From: an uncultured virus (IMG/VR IMGVR_UViG_3300031841_005832)
Taxonomy: Duplodnaviria > Heunggongvirae > Uroviricota > Caudoviricetes
Length of the DNA stretch: 64,000 nucleotides
Direction: 5' to 3' (one strand)
Virus record (IMG/VR): IMGVR_UViG_3300031841_005832
The notes under the pieces: model-generated
Database searches by the model: none
What the model saw: the letters and a program-made list of their open reading frames with translations, nothing else
Told to the model about the DNA's origin: nothing
Program-made: the position numbers and the translations under genes
Shown: positions 1 to 9,543 of the stretch, piece by piece
Numbering within the stretch: the stretch's first letter is position 1
Layout of the letters: each line of letters opens with the position of its first letter

Positions 1-94
1 CATTATCAGCTGCCGCCCGCGGATGCATCTCTTTGTAGAGTTTCTCTCGTTCTTCTTTAATGATTCTTCTCAAATCAGCTTTTGTGATTTTCAT
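1..94 (-). CDS. Leader-motif protein, truncated by window edge (MKITKADLRRIIKEERE...)
   Basis: ATG at 94 directly after the stop of the upstream gene; same N-terminal motif as its neighbours. Confidence 0.8.
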   Translation of the reverse strand, partial: MKITKADLRRIIKEEREKLYKEMHPRAAADN

Positions 95-358
95 TTATCT
101 ACTCCCGTAGTACTTGCCGGCGAGTGCGCCTTTGAGTTTGCTTGGGTCAAGCTTCTTACCTCGACCGCTATCACTCGGTGCCTGCATCTTGGGTAAGCCT
201 GCGTCCACCTGTGCCTCGTTGTAACCCATCATATAGTCTTCATCAGGAAATTGTGGGCGGATCCCAGCAAAAGAATCTTCTCTGCCCTGGTCGTACATCG
301 TGACTTCTTCCATAGCTTCTCGAATGATTCTTCGCAATTGTCGCTTAGTGATTCTCAT
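95..358 (-). CDS. Small leader-motif protein (putative virion internal protein)
   Basis: Start reassigned to MRITKRQLRRIIREAMEE at 358. Confidence 0.75.
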   Translation of the reverse strand: MRITKRQLRRIIREAMEEVTMYDQGREDSFAGIRPQFPDEDYMMGYNEAQVDAGLPKMQAPSDSGRGKKLDPSKLKGALAGKYYGSR

Positions 359-359
359 T

Positions 360-671
360 TTATCGCAAAGTCCTGATAAGTGCCTCATACTGAGCCAGCA
401 GTCCCAATCCCTGAAGTGTTTGTGCAATGGTAATGGTCACAGCTGCTACTGCTGCGTCGTCTGCGTCGTCTTCATCGCCCATGTCTTCAAATGCGCTTTG
501 ATCAGTTCCCGCCAAGAGATCTGCTACGGCTCTTTCGACCGCGGCGACCGAAGCAGTGTCAGAATATACGCCTTGCATGCGCTCAGCGTTTGCGATAGGA
601 CTCATCTCCATTAGAAGTTTCTGCTTCTCTTCTTTGATGATCTTCTCTAGTTCTTTCTTTGTGACTTTCAT
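360..671 (-). CDS. Small leader-motif protein
   Basis: MKVTKKELEKIIKEEKQKLLME; AGGAG upstream. Confidence 0.75.
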   Translation of the reverse strand: MKVTKKELEKIIKEEKQKLLMEMSPIANAERMQGVYSDTASVAAVERAVADLLAGTDQSAFEDMGDEDDADDAAVAAVTITIAQTLQGLGLLAQYEALIRTLR

Positions 672-672
672 C

Positions 673-1008
673 TTAATATACTCTCCTGCTTGCTCCCACA
701 AGCTCTAAAATTTCGTTAGGGCCCATTCTTGAGCCTACAAGTGATGCGTCTTGAACTGCGGTTGCAAAAGACTCAGGATGTCGCTCAGCTAGTGCCAAAG
801 GAGTTATTGAGGCATCCATGTCTCGAAAATCACGGAATCCAAACTCGTAAGCTATTTTATCTAGATCCAGCACTCCGATATCAAGAGCGTCAGAGAACCG
901 ACGCCAATTTGAATCTGCGGGTGGAGCATCGTTCATTTGTCCGTACTCATTCATCATTGAGATCGTCTCTCTGATGACTGCTCTTAGTTTGGATTCTGTG
1001 AGTTTCAT
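673..1008 (-). CDS. Small leader-motif protein
   Basis: MKLTESKLRAVIRETISMMNE. Confidence 0.75.
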   Translation of the reverse strand: MKLTESKLRAVIRETISMMNEYGQMNDAPPADSNWRRFSDALDIGVLDLDKIAYEFGFRDFRDMDASITPLALAERHPESFATAVQDASLVGSRMGPNEILELVGASRRVY

Positions 1009-1019
1009 CTTGCTTCCCT

Positions 1020-1124
1020 TTACTGTCCGCAAGATCCGCAGTCAGCGCATGCACAACATCCACAGCAGCAGCAGCAGTGCTTTGAATCGAACAGTGTAAC
1101 CAATTTGTGTAGAAATTTCTTCAT
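1020..1124 (-). CDS. 34-aa cysteine-rich peptide (metallothionein-like), not in ORF track
   Basis: Hand translation MKKFLHKLVTLFDSKHCCCCCGCCACADCGSCGQ*; AGGAG Shine-Dalgarno; fills the gap between two genes. Confidence 0.7.
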   Translation of the reverse strand: MKKFLHKLVTLFDSKHCCCCCGCCACADCGSCGQ

Positions 1125-1164
1125 TTTACGTCTCCTGTGTAAAAAATCTGAGTTAGTTAGCAAA

Positions 1165-1452
1165 TTATGCTGGGTGCATGACACTCATGAGATCTTCGAG
1201 ATTCATGCTTTCGCCGCCAGCCTGAAGGTCTTCGTAGAATCTGATCAGTGCATCTTTTGAGCCAACGGTTCGTACTTCGATCTGTACGCCGTGTCTCTGT
1301 GCGAGCTTAGCAATTCCGTGTGCGGTATGGCTGTCAGGTAGCAGACCCTCAAGGTCTTCAGCCACTGCCATCTTTGGGCCTGCTTGCTCTGCAACGAGCT
1401 TAGCTGCCTCTTCTTTGATTATTCTTCTGAGTTGGTTCTTTGTGATTTTCAT
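1165..1452 (-). CDS. Small leader-motif protein
   Basis: MKITKNQLRRIIKEEAAKLVAE. Confidence 0.8.
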   Translation of the reverse strand: MKITKNQLRRIIKEEAAKLVAEQAGPKMAVAEDLEGLLPDSHTAHGIAKLAQRHGVQIEVRTVGSKDALIRFYEDLQAGGESMNLEDLMSVMHPA

Positions 1453-1835
1453 TTTATTCTCCTAGTAGTCGTCGTCGTCGTCAAACTCTTGAACCGGGAG
1501 TCTGTCTTTGATTTCTTTTGGAATGTACCTTAGCAAGTCGTAGGCATCGTCGTTATAGCCACCCTTGATTGAGTCCTTAAGCTCTTCCAGCTCTTCCAGC
1601 GCCGCAGGACTTAAACCTGCTGTGTCGACGTTCATCAAGTCACCTTCGATTTCGCTGAGAGCATCACTGTCAGAATAGTATCCCACGTCCATTGCCTGCA
1701 TGAGACCTTTGTCGTATGGGTGCACTCCCTCGTTAAGGATAGCTTTGCGAACAGCCTTGCGAACTCGGTTCTCTTCGAGAAGCTTCTGCTTCTCTTCCCG
1801 AATGATTCTTCTGAGTTGGTTCTTTGTGATTTTCA
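1421..1835. repeat. 31-nt exact direct repeat (1421-1451 and 1805-1835) encoding the leader peptide
   Basis: attcttctgagttggttctttgtgattttca occurs at the 5' end of both adjacent genes. Confidence 0.9.
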
Positions 1836-1836
1836 C
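1462..1836 (-). CDS. Small leader-motif protein with doubled motif
   Basis: MKITKNQLRRIIREEKQKLLEE-NRVRKAVRKAILNE; GTG start with AGGAG. Confidence 0.8.
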   Translation of the reverse strand: MKITKNQLRRIIREEKQKLLEENRVRKAVRKAILNEGVHPYDKGLMQAMDVGYYSDSDALSEIEGDLMNVDTAGLSPAALEELEELKDSIKGGYNDDAYDLLRYIPKEIKDRLPVQEFDDDDDY

Positions 1837-2011
1837 TCCGTTTCTCCTTCTCTGATAATCAAATCACTGACTGGCGAAAACGTAAGTGTCTAGATGTGCC
1901 AGTCTCATTTTATTTTAGGGTGAGCACAGACCATACAATATCTCACCTGTTGTTCTTAAATATAACACAACGGGCTGAAATGTGCACTCGTTTTTGGTGA
2001 GAAATTAAAAT

Positions 2012-3319
2012 TTATTTGTGAGAGATTTCCAGAAGCATCGCTCGAACAATGCGCCTGATTTGAGCTTCTTCAACGGCTCCAAAAGCACCAGCCCTATAGC
2101 GGGAAATGTCCTGAGAGGTTTTGGGGAGTTTGTCCTTAGGGTATACCAAGAACCTAACGCCTCTGACGCTTTCTGCAGGGCTTAGACCGACTTGCTCCAT
2201 GAAGTCATCATCGAGGAACTGTCCGATCTGAAGTGCAGAAGAGCTGTCGTACCGGGCGTGTAAGTAAGGAGCGTAACCACCGACTGGAATTCCTGGATAA
2301 GAAACTTTGTGAGCACCCTGCACGGTGAAGATCTTTTGTCCGTAAGCTTCAGGAAACTCAGCTGCGAGTTTGCTTGCTTCTGATGAGCTTAATTCCACGA
2401 TATCGGGACGATCTTTCTGGACAATCAGGTGAATCTTTTCAGGACTGAAATTAACTTCGTTCACAGGCAATGCCTTAGTGCCGTAGAGAGACCATATCTT
2501 AAGATCAGTCTCGATCGGAGAATCACCCAGTGGCTTGTAAAAACCGATCGCAGCGCGCTTGCCCTGCGGGAGTTTAACCTTACCCACCTCAGTTTCGCTC
2601 ACGCCAACGATCTGCTTAACGAAGTCTCGAACTGATGCATGCTGGTTAAACTTTGTGGCGCCGCTCCACTGCTGATGGTCCTTGGGGGTGTCGCCTGCCT
2701 TGAGCGACATGTAGACAGAGTCCTTGGGTCCCGCAACTCCTTGCATCACGGTATCAGCCTTGGGAGTTCCGGTGACATTCTCAGGTGCACGAACGAGTCG
2801 AGGCCGGCGCAGCTCAGCGATCTTAGAGTTCGGGTCGGGTGAGAACATGATGCCCTTCCCAGCGTCAAGCTCTCCGACTTGCTGTGCCATGGCGTCGATG
2901 GCGATCTGCTCTTTCGTGGTCTTCACGCCACCGGCGAAAACGACGAAGTGCTCAGCACCGTCTTCGGGATCTCTAACCTTGTAAGCATCGAACGATCCGG
3001 AAAAAGCTTTTCCGTCCGGGCCCTTTGCGGCTTTAGGGACGACCTCTCCCGTAAACTCAAGACCCGCAGTGGTGATGAGTTTTGTGAGATCTGCCTGGGA
3101 CATCTTTTTTGCGGCTTCTTTGTTTGCCGTGTTTTGCGCTGTATCACCCGTATCGGCGTTCACCGTGAGTCTTAGCTGCTGAGCGTTGCCAGTTCGACCA
3201 CCGCCGCCTGCTTTGTACACGCCACCTGACGCTGTTGCGATGCGGCGCTCAAGTTCAGCACGTGACGCCTCGGAGAGGACCCCTCGCACGATCTGTCTCA
3301 ATCTGTTTTCTGTGATCAT
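2012..3319 (-). CDS. Leader-motif protein with putative PD-(D/E)XK-like nuclease core
   Basis: TPKAD...YMSLKAG...QQWSG; leader-like motif at both N- and C-terminus. Confidence 0.5.
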   Translation of the reverse strand: MITENRLRQIVRGVLSEASRAELERRIATASGGVYKAGGGGRTGNAQQLRLTVNADTGDTAQNTANKEAAKKMSQADLTKLITTAGLEFTGEVVPKAAKGPDGKAFSGSFDAYKVRDPEDGAEHFVVFAGGVKTTKEQIAIDAMAQQVGELDAGKGIMFSPDPNSKIAELRRPRLVRAPENVTGTPKADTVMQGVAGPKDSVYMSLKAGDTPKDHQQWSGATKFNQHASVRDFVKQIVGVSETEVGKVKLPQGKRAAIGFYKPLGDSPIETDLKIWSLYGTKALPVNEVNFSPEKIHLIVQKDRPDIVELSSSEASKLAAEFPEAYGQKIFTVQGAHKVSYPGIPVGGYAPYLHARYDSSSALQIGQFLDDDFMEQVGLSPAESVRGVRFLVYPKDKLPKTSQDISRYRAGAFGAVEEAQIRRIVRAMLLEISHK

Positions 3320-3855
3320 TTCTGTTCCTTGCTTGCCGCACCGCCCGTGTAAGTTCCTTCGACTTCGGCCCAGCGGCGGCCCTCGTAGTTCTTAAGCACC
3401 ACGGCTTCCACGCCCGCGATGGCTCGGATGTCTCGTTTAAGATTGTAAACATCCCGGTCAGCGTCGTCTTCAAACGTCACGAAAACGTTCACGTAGCGCA
3501 TGGGCCCCGGAATGTCGTCTTGCCCACCCTGTTGCTTCACGGTGATGACGTTCTTAATGCCCCGGATGTCAGTATAGATATCGGGCAACCGCGCATCGTC
3601 CCGCAACTTGATCCGCAACCCCAGCTCCACCACATCGTCCTCACCCTCAGTGAGGACGCGGCGCACAAAGCGTCGCAGACGCGACTCGTTCTTGCTCGCG
3701 TAGCGAGCCCGGAGGGCGCCTTGCGCCTTGGGTTCCGAGGTGTGGCACGACTCTTGCTCTTCGCCGCCGTCACTTTTGACTTTAACAACAACGTGGGAAC
3801 CGGCTCGATCCGTGCTCTTTTGTTTGCAAGCTCTTTTCCGAACTTTCCAGGGCAT
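3316..3855 (-). CDS. Hypothetical protein with internal leader motif
   Basis: Start reassigned to MPWKVRK (GAAGGAG upstream); NESRLRRFVRRVLTE. Confidence 0.65.
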   Translation of the reverse strand: MPWKVRKRACKQKSTDRAGSHVVVKVKSDGGEEQESCHTSEPKAQGALRARYASKNESRLRRFVRRVLTEGEDDVVELGLRIKLRDDARLPDIYTDIRGIKNVITVKQQGGQDDIPGPMRYVNVFVTFEDDADRDVYNLKRDIRAIAGVEAVVLKNYEGRRWAEVEGTYTGGAASKEQK

Positions 3856-3877
3856 CCTAGCGTCTCCTTCTTCCCTC

Positions 3878-4462
3878 TTAATTATTACCTTGGACGGGAA
3901 CCGCGGGAGCTTTAGGCGTCCGTTTTGGGGGCACGGGGCCGATCCGGGCTGCCTTGAGTCGGACTTGTAATCCCAGCACCTTGCGCGCGTAGCGCGCGCC
4001 GGCGCGTTTGCAAGTTCGGAAGCCCGCGTTGTAACCGCACAGACCCTCGCGGACGTCGCCCTTGCGATGGGTGATCCACCAGCGCAGGATCCGGGCTCCA
4101 ACGCCGATGGCGGTGTGTGGGCGCTTAAGCTGTTCACAAGTCCACTTACGACGCCCAGAAGCCGTGCCTCCGGTCCATTTCGGAATGACTTGAGTTAATC
4201 CACAGGCATGAGCGTGAGACACAGCCCAGGGCCGCCAGCGCGACTCCACAACGATCAGGGCACCCAAGAGATCGGGATCCAAGTCGAAGCGCTTTGCGGC
4301 GCGGCGCACAGTGGGTTCCCAACGACAAGCTCGACGGCGGGCTTTCTTACCGATCTCGAAACGTCCCAAGTCCGCGGTGAGCCAGTGACACGTGGGTCCG
4401 ACAGCGGGAGTCGAAGCGGGGGCAGCCAAGAGTTGTAGGGATAGTAAGAAGATCTCAAGCAT
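3878..4462 (-). CDS. Lytic transglycosylase (SLT domain) with signal peptide
   Basis: LDPDLLGALIVVES...AVS...CGLTQV...YNAG motifs; hydrophobic N-terminus. Confidence 0.85.
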   Translation of the reverse strand: MLEIFLLSLQLLAAPASTPAVGPTCHWLTADLGRFEIGKKARRRACRWEPTVRRAAKRFDLDPDLLGALIVVESRWRPWAVSHAHACGLTQVIPKWTGGTASGRRKWTCEQLKRPHTAIGVGARILRWWITHRKGDVREGLCGYNAGFRTCKRAGARYARKVLGLQVRLKAARIGPVPPKRTPKAPAVPVQGNN

Positions 4463-4548
4463 CGGGGTGTCCTGGGGTTCGGGAAGTGAACTCGGTCGCG
4501 TAGTGAGGAGGGGCAAGAGACGTCTTGCGATGACTCACACGCTCTTTG

Positions 4549-4986
4549 TTATTCCGTGTCTGTTGAAGTAGAAGCTTTACTAGTTGTCCTGGTAGACTTA
4601 GTGGTCTTGGTGGATCTAGTTGAGCGTCTTCTTGTAGTTTTGGCAACTGGTTTCACCTGAGGTTCTTCGGATTCTGATTCCTGAACTTGCTTTTCGGCGG
4701 ATACCCCGGGCGCTTGCGCGGGCTTTGATGTTCGACGGCGACGAGTTTGCGGTGGGCTGGGCGGCTCCTGTGGCTCCGCCACAGTAACGATAGCTTCCTC
4801 GATGACGGGCTTGGGCGCTGGTTCTCTGGAGGCTGGGGTCGGCGCGTTTTTGGGCTGCGGTTGTGGTGCTTGTTCTTGAACTGCTTCGATTTCGGGCTGC
4901 TGACCAGTCCGATTCTTTAGCTTCTTCTTTTGTTTTCCTATAAACTTAGCCAGATCCTTACCTAGCTTTCTGTTTGTAGATGGCAT
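4549..4986 (-). CDS. Basic, Pro/Thr-rich low-complexity protein
   Basis: MPSTNRKLGK...; AGGAG upstream. Confidence 0.6.
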   Translation of the reverse strand: MPSTNRKLGKDLAKFIGKQKKKLKNRTGQQPEIEAVQEQAPQPQPKNAPTPASREPAPKPVIEEAIVTVAEPQEPPSPPQTRRRRTSKPAQAPGVSAEKQVQESESEEPQVKPVAKTTRRRSTRSTKTTKSTRTTSKASTSTDTE

Positions 4987-5014
4987 GTGTATTCTCCTGT
5001 TAGACTTGTTTGGT

Positions 5015-5386
5015 TTATTGATCACTAACTTGGTCGACTTGAACAGTACTTAAGCCAGTGTCTCTCGTTAAATTCCAAGAAATGGCTCTATCGCCCGGGG
5101 TTGCTGGATCTAGATCGTTCACAAGATGTCTAGGGCCTCTTTCTATTCCCATGACTAGTCCATCATAAACTACATCTAAAACTGACAGCTCGTATTCAGT
5201 ATGACCTCTTAAGTTCTCGGGCCTAGCAGTAGTTAGAATAATTTTATGACCTGCTTCTTTTATCTCTACGAGCTTTTCTCTAGACCCGGGTGTTAACTGA
5301 GCCTGGGTTGTTGTGTAAGTGTCAAACGGTCTATAGTTTAATATAGTTCCGTCGATATCTATAAAATACGTGCTATATTTGGCCAC
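5015..5386 (-). CDS. HAD-family phosphatase
   Basis: FIDIDGT, LTTAR, VND motifs. Confidence 0.85.
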   Translation of the reverse strand: MAKYSTYFIDIDGTILNYRPFDTYTTTQAQLTPGSREKLVEIKEAGHKIILTTARPENLRGHTEYELSVLDVVYDGLVMGIERGPRHLVNDLDPATPGDRAISWNLTRDTGLSTVQVDQVSDQ

Positions 5387-8064
5387 TATCGAACTCCTTC
5401 AAAAAGAACCCAACCTTTCGGCCTCTTTCCTTTTTTTAAAGAAACCTTTGAGTACTGTGGGTTTGTTTCCAGTATATCTTTTTTCACCTTTGACTTTTCG
5501 TGTCTTTCGTCTGAGGCATAAGTACAGGTCTCAATTTCGCCTGTTTCCTTGATTACACAGGTGGCTATCCAAAACTTCAATTAAGATCCGCTCCAAGTCT
5601 CGATATTAAACTTTCTTTGATATTCAACAAATTCCTTCTCCATGTCGGCAGAATCTATGAGTTCTTCTAGCCAGCATGTTCTTCTCATTATTTCTTCCTT
5701 CTCTTCCGAGAGGTTGACGAACATGTCGAGAATTTCTTTACGTGTCTCTCTCGAGCACTCTTTTCTTAAAAGATTGTTTAGTCTATTCATTTCTCTAGAG
5801 TATTTCATTGAAATTTACCTATCACGATCCATATTAACAAGCGAAAAACAAATGTTTCAGTTCTGTTTCAAGTATGTATAAATATGTGTCTTCGAATGAC
5901 AAATAGACTTCTATGACCGAAAAGAAGCAACTATTTTAACTACACCTTCGAAAGCTTGGTGATCTTCTAGAGAAGCCAAGAACACTGATTGAAATTTCTT
6001 AGAGCTCCATCGCTTGAGAGAATATTGCTCTAAGAACCAAGCCTTAAAACCCTTATCAAGAAGTACATGAGCCTCTTTCTCTCCGGAGCTGTTAACTCTT
6101 AGCTCTTTTACTTCAATCGTTTTCAATTGAATCCCCAAGTTGACTTTCAATCATATCTAAGATGACAGATGCGTTTTCTTCGAAGTCTTTCTTTCTAGCT
6201 GTTATCTCTTGAACTCTTTCTTTTGCTTGACTCAAATCGTATTCGTATTCGATTAAATCCTTCTCGAACGAAGCTACGTTTAAGTCTCGAGCTTCCTGAG
6301 GTCCACCGAAAGAAAAGAATCTGACAACTGGTTCGGAGTAGTAAGAAGAGTCTGTGCCTACGACTCCTGAAAACACAAAGGATCTCGCTACGGCATCTTC
6401 CTTTCCTGAAGCCCAGACAAACATTGACTTTTTGTAAGACCAACGGACAACCCAAACTCCTGGTCGTCCTTTGCTTCTGATGTCATCTACGGCGAACCTA
6501 ATTTTCTGGTAGGCTCTTTTTGCCCTAAGGTTTATAGCTCGATCAGAGATTTTTTCCTCTTCGTACGCTTTGCAAGCTTCTTTCTGAATTTCGTAAAACT
6601 TTGGTTTCTCTCCAAAATGCTCCCAAATAAATCTCTCGTCGTGGCCTCCCCACTTGCTTCCTGAACTTCTAAGGGACCAGACGTCGATATACTTTTCATA
6701 GACCGAACAGTATTGATAATCGGAGAAATAAGCAGATCTTAAATTCTTGCCCTTAGGTCCTTTCGGATATTTTCTAGCGAGGTCTCTTAAGATGTCCAAC
6801 TTATTCATTCCAGATTCCTATACTTTCTTTAAGTCTTCGGCGTAGTAAACTTCTGTTACAGTTGAGTGGCCCCAGTCTTTTGCTATCTCACTGGCATCAG
6901 TCTCAACCACGTAAGATCTAACAGAGCCCTCACATGTGACTATCTCTTCTTGGGCAGCAGTAGATATCGGGAAGTATCTTCCGGGGCCGTAAAGCGGCTT
7001 TCCATGGTCGTCAAGCTCATCAATCTCTACGTTAAAGTCAATCTCTACACTCTTGATAATTCCAGATTTCCCGCTAGGTAGTAAAACCTCTTCACCAATT
7101 TCAAAATCTAGGGGAGCTATCTTGGCGAGTCTGTTCTTTTCTCTGTCAACGAGAGCAGAAAACCTTTCGCTGAATTCTGTGTCTAAGTTTGCCTGCCTCA
7201 TTTCGAGCTGCTCGTACAGTTCGTTATAAGATGCTAGAAAGTCTGATGAAAGGTATTTAAACTTCATTGAATATCTCCTGGAAGTGTTTCGATATATTTT
7301 TCGTCTTCGACGATGCTTGCTAGAAGAAGATGTCCTTTTTCTTCATAGTGGTTTTTTACAAACTCAAAAGCAGCTTCTTCTGGATTAAGATCTTCTTTCA
7401 TTTCAATCCAATTATTACTACGCTTCATCTCTTGTACAAGATTCATCATACCCCAGACAAAAAGAATCTTGTCTGACTTGTTCAAACACGCCTCTGTCGA
7501 TTTGGGAAGACCAAACATTTCGTACACACTGTGCATGAACTCTCTCGTCCAGTCATCGTTTGTATAAAGATCAACCAAGCTCTCGTTCATGATTTTCTTG
7601 TCACTCATTGTCTAGACCATCTTTCAATGCCTGTATAACATCGCCTAGGATGTTTTTAGGAATGTGAACCTTCCACGTAGGATCTTCTACGTCACCTTTT
7701 AGAGTACACCCAACAGAAACAACTGAATCGGTTCCCGGGCCGTATGGCTCAAAAATCTCTTTGACAACGATAAAAGATTTATCTCTGTCCTTATACGGAA
7801 TTGCTCTCATTTTTCATCCTCCACTTTTACAATATCTTCTACATAAAGCTCTACAACGTCGGCTCTGTCAGTAGAATATACCAAAACTTTATCATCTCCT
7901 TCGGGCTGAATCACGACCATCATGTCATTTGAAACCTCACCCGGAATATCTTCGTACCAGTCGTCTGAGAAGTTTTGCATCGCCATTGCCCTCTCACTGT
8001 ATTTTACTAAATCGTGTTTTTGCATTCTATTTTTGTCACTCATATTTAAATCTCCGGAGGTCAT
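5386..8064 (-). CDS. Run of small hypothetical genes (5386-5580, 5581-5808, 5911-~6123, 6113-6808, 6818-7267, 7264-7608, 7601-7810, 7807-~8043)
   Basis: Abutting or overlapping co-oriented ORFs; no recognisable family. Confidence 0.6.
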
Positions 8065-8065
8065 T

Positions 8066-8281
8066 ATGGATGCATTGTCATTGTTTTTCTTGTTGCCCGT
8101 AATTTCTTTGGCAGTATGTTTACCTATTTTTAGTCTTTACAGGCGGTATGTTAGAGAACGTGAGTTTCAAAAAGAAACCATCAGACTCAGAGAAGAAAGA
8201 CTGGAAAGACAATACAAATTAAATTCACTCCTAGAAAAAAGAAAAAGAAGAGAAGAGGCCCTTAGAAAGAAGCGACCTTAG
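8066..8281 (+). CDS. Small membrane-anchored coiled-coil protein
   Basis: GGAGG then MDALSLFFLLPVISLAVCLPIFSLY, charged tail. Confidence 0.65.
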   Translation: MDALSLFFLLPVISLAVCLPIFSLYRRYVREREFQKETIRLREERLERQYKLNSLLEKRKRREEALRKKRP

Positions 8282-9443
8282 AGCCCCACTCCCTCCAGAA
8301 CTCACGACAAACTGCTCGATAATAATCTCTTCCACCTTCATTTTCTGAATAAAAGTTGTACAGAGGTTTGTAGTCAGAGATCTGCTTGCAAAGCGATACA
8401 ACATCTTCGACCATCTTGTCTGCAGTTTCTCGAACCTCTTCAGGCAGTGTCATGAACATCTTCTCAGCTCTGTCATTCTGTAGACATCGCATCACATACT
8501 TATATGACAGCTTTGATTGAACCATCATGCCGATGTAAGTTTCGTACTTAAATTTTACCAATCTATCACCAACTGTTGCAACCCAACCTTCATTGTTCGT
8601 GACAGACCGGTCTCTAATTTCTTCAAGAAGCTCATGTAAAGTCATGAGGCGTTCTTCGGGCATAACAAAGAATCCTGTCTGGTCTGCAAGCTCATGAAGC
8701 TCCTCAAGCTCGAACATATTGCCGGCTTTGTCATAAGCAGCGAGAAGATGCAGTTCCTCTTTACCTTCGTAGTTTACGTGAACTTCTGTATTAGGATGGA
8801 CGAGCTCAACAACAATCGTCATGAGATCTTTACCAATCGTCTTGGCGACTGTAGAAGTTTTGATAAACTGCGATCTGTCAAACATGTCAAGAGCAACAAC
8901 AGAAGAAGCAGTTCCAAACTTGCCACGGGTTGTTGCTGTTAAACTCTTACCTGTCATAAAGTATTCAATCATATGTCCATCAGACTTACCACGACACATA
9001 ACTTCTTCGCCTTCTGGTGCATCCCTAAGAAGTGACCAAAGACGCGTTTCTGGCATTTCGTTAAAGTTGAAGAACTTTTCAAAGCCTCGTGAAACTAGCT
9101 TTACCTGAGATGCATCACCCGGCTCACCGAAACTATAAACCAACCCTCGCATAAGACGAAGTGCGGGAGTCCACCCATCCTCGACAGAGTGGAGAACGTT
9201 GTGAGCCTGGCCAGTGTAGTTCAACAGAATCAAATTGTTTTCACTGTCGATATCAAAGCCAATGAGCTCTCCGGCGTTGACTCCGGAATCTTTTGGAAGG
9301 TTAATAGCTCTGTTAAGATAATCTCTGTTTTCTTTTTTGTAAGAAGCCCAGAGTCGCTTCTTGTCTTCTCGAGATCGCATCACTGACGTGATGTTTGCCA
9401 CGATCGATGGGATTGTGTTGTTTAGAATTTCTGTGTTACTCAT
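8262..9443 (-). CDS. T4 Rnl1-like RNA ligase
   Basis: LNY...RGLV...RGFEKFFN, KSDG motif I, EGWV, LVKFK. Confidence 0.85.
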   Translation of the reverse strand: MSNTEILNNTIPSIVANITSVMRSREDKKRLWASYKKENRDYLNRAINLPKDSGVNAGELIGFDIDSENNLILLNYTGQAHNVLHSVEDGWTPALRLMRGLVYSFGEPGDASQVKLVSRGFEKFFNFNEMPETRLWSLLRDAPEGEEVMCRGKSDGHMIEYFMTGKSLTATTRGKFGTASSVVALDMFDRSQFIKTSTVAKTIGKDLMTIVVELVHPNTEVHVNYEGKEELHLLAAYDKAGNMFELEELHELADQTGFFVMPEERLMTLHELLEEIRDRSVTNNEGWVATVGDRLVKFKYETYIGMMVQSKLSYKYVMRCLQNDRAEKMFMTLPEEVRETADKMVEDVVSLCKQISDYKPLYNFYSENEGGRDYYRAVCREFWREWGSKVASF

Positions 9444-9497
9444 AACGTCTCCTTACTGAGTTTTGGAGGAGCCTATCCCCTCCTTCCTTATGTTCTT

Positions 9498-9526
9498 ATT
9501 ATACTACAAGAAGGAGATATTTGCAC
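9498..9526 (-). promoter_or_regulatory. Promoter GTGCAA-N17-TATAAT
   Basis: Exact 6-17-6 spacing upstream of the RNA ligase gene; recurs in the window. Confidence 0.8.
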
Positions 9527-9543
9527 AAAAATTCTTTTTATTT

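Noticed and set aside
3856..4137. N-terminal extension of ORF 3316-4137 and other overlapping ORFs in the GC-rich patch
   Set aside because: They overlap the SLT gene; a better start with SD and upstream motif lies at 3855
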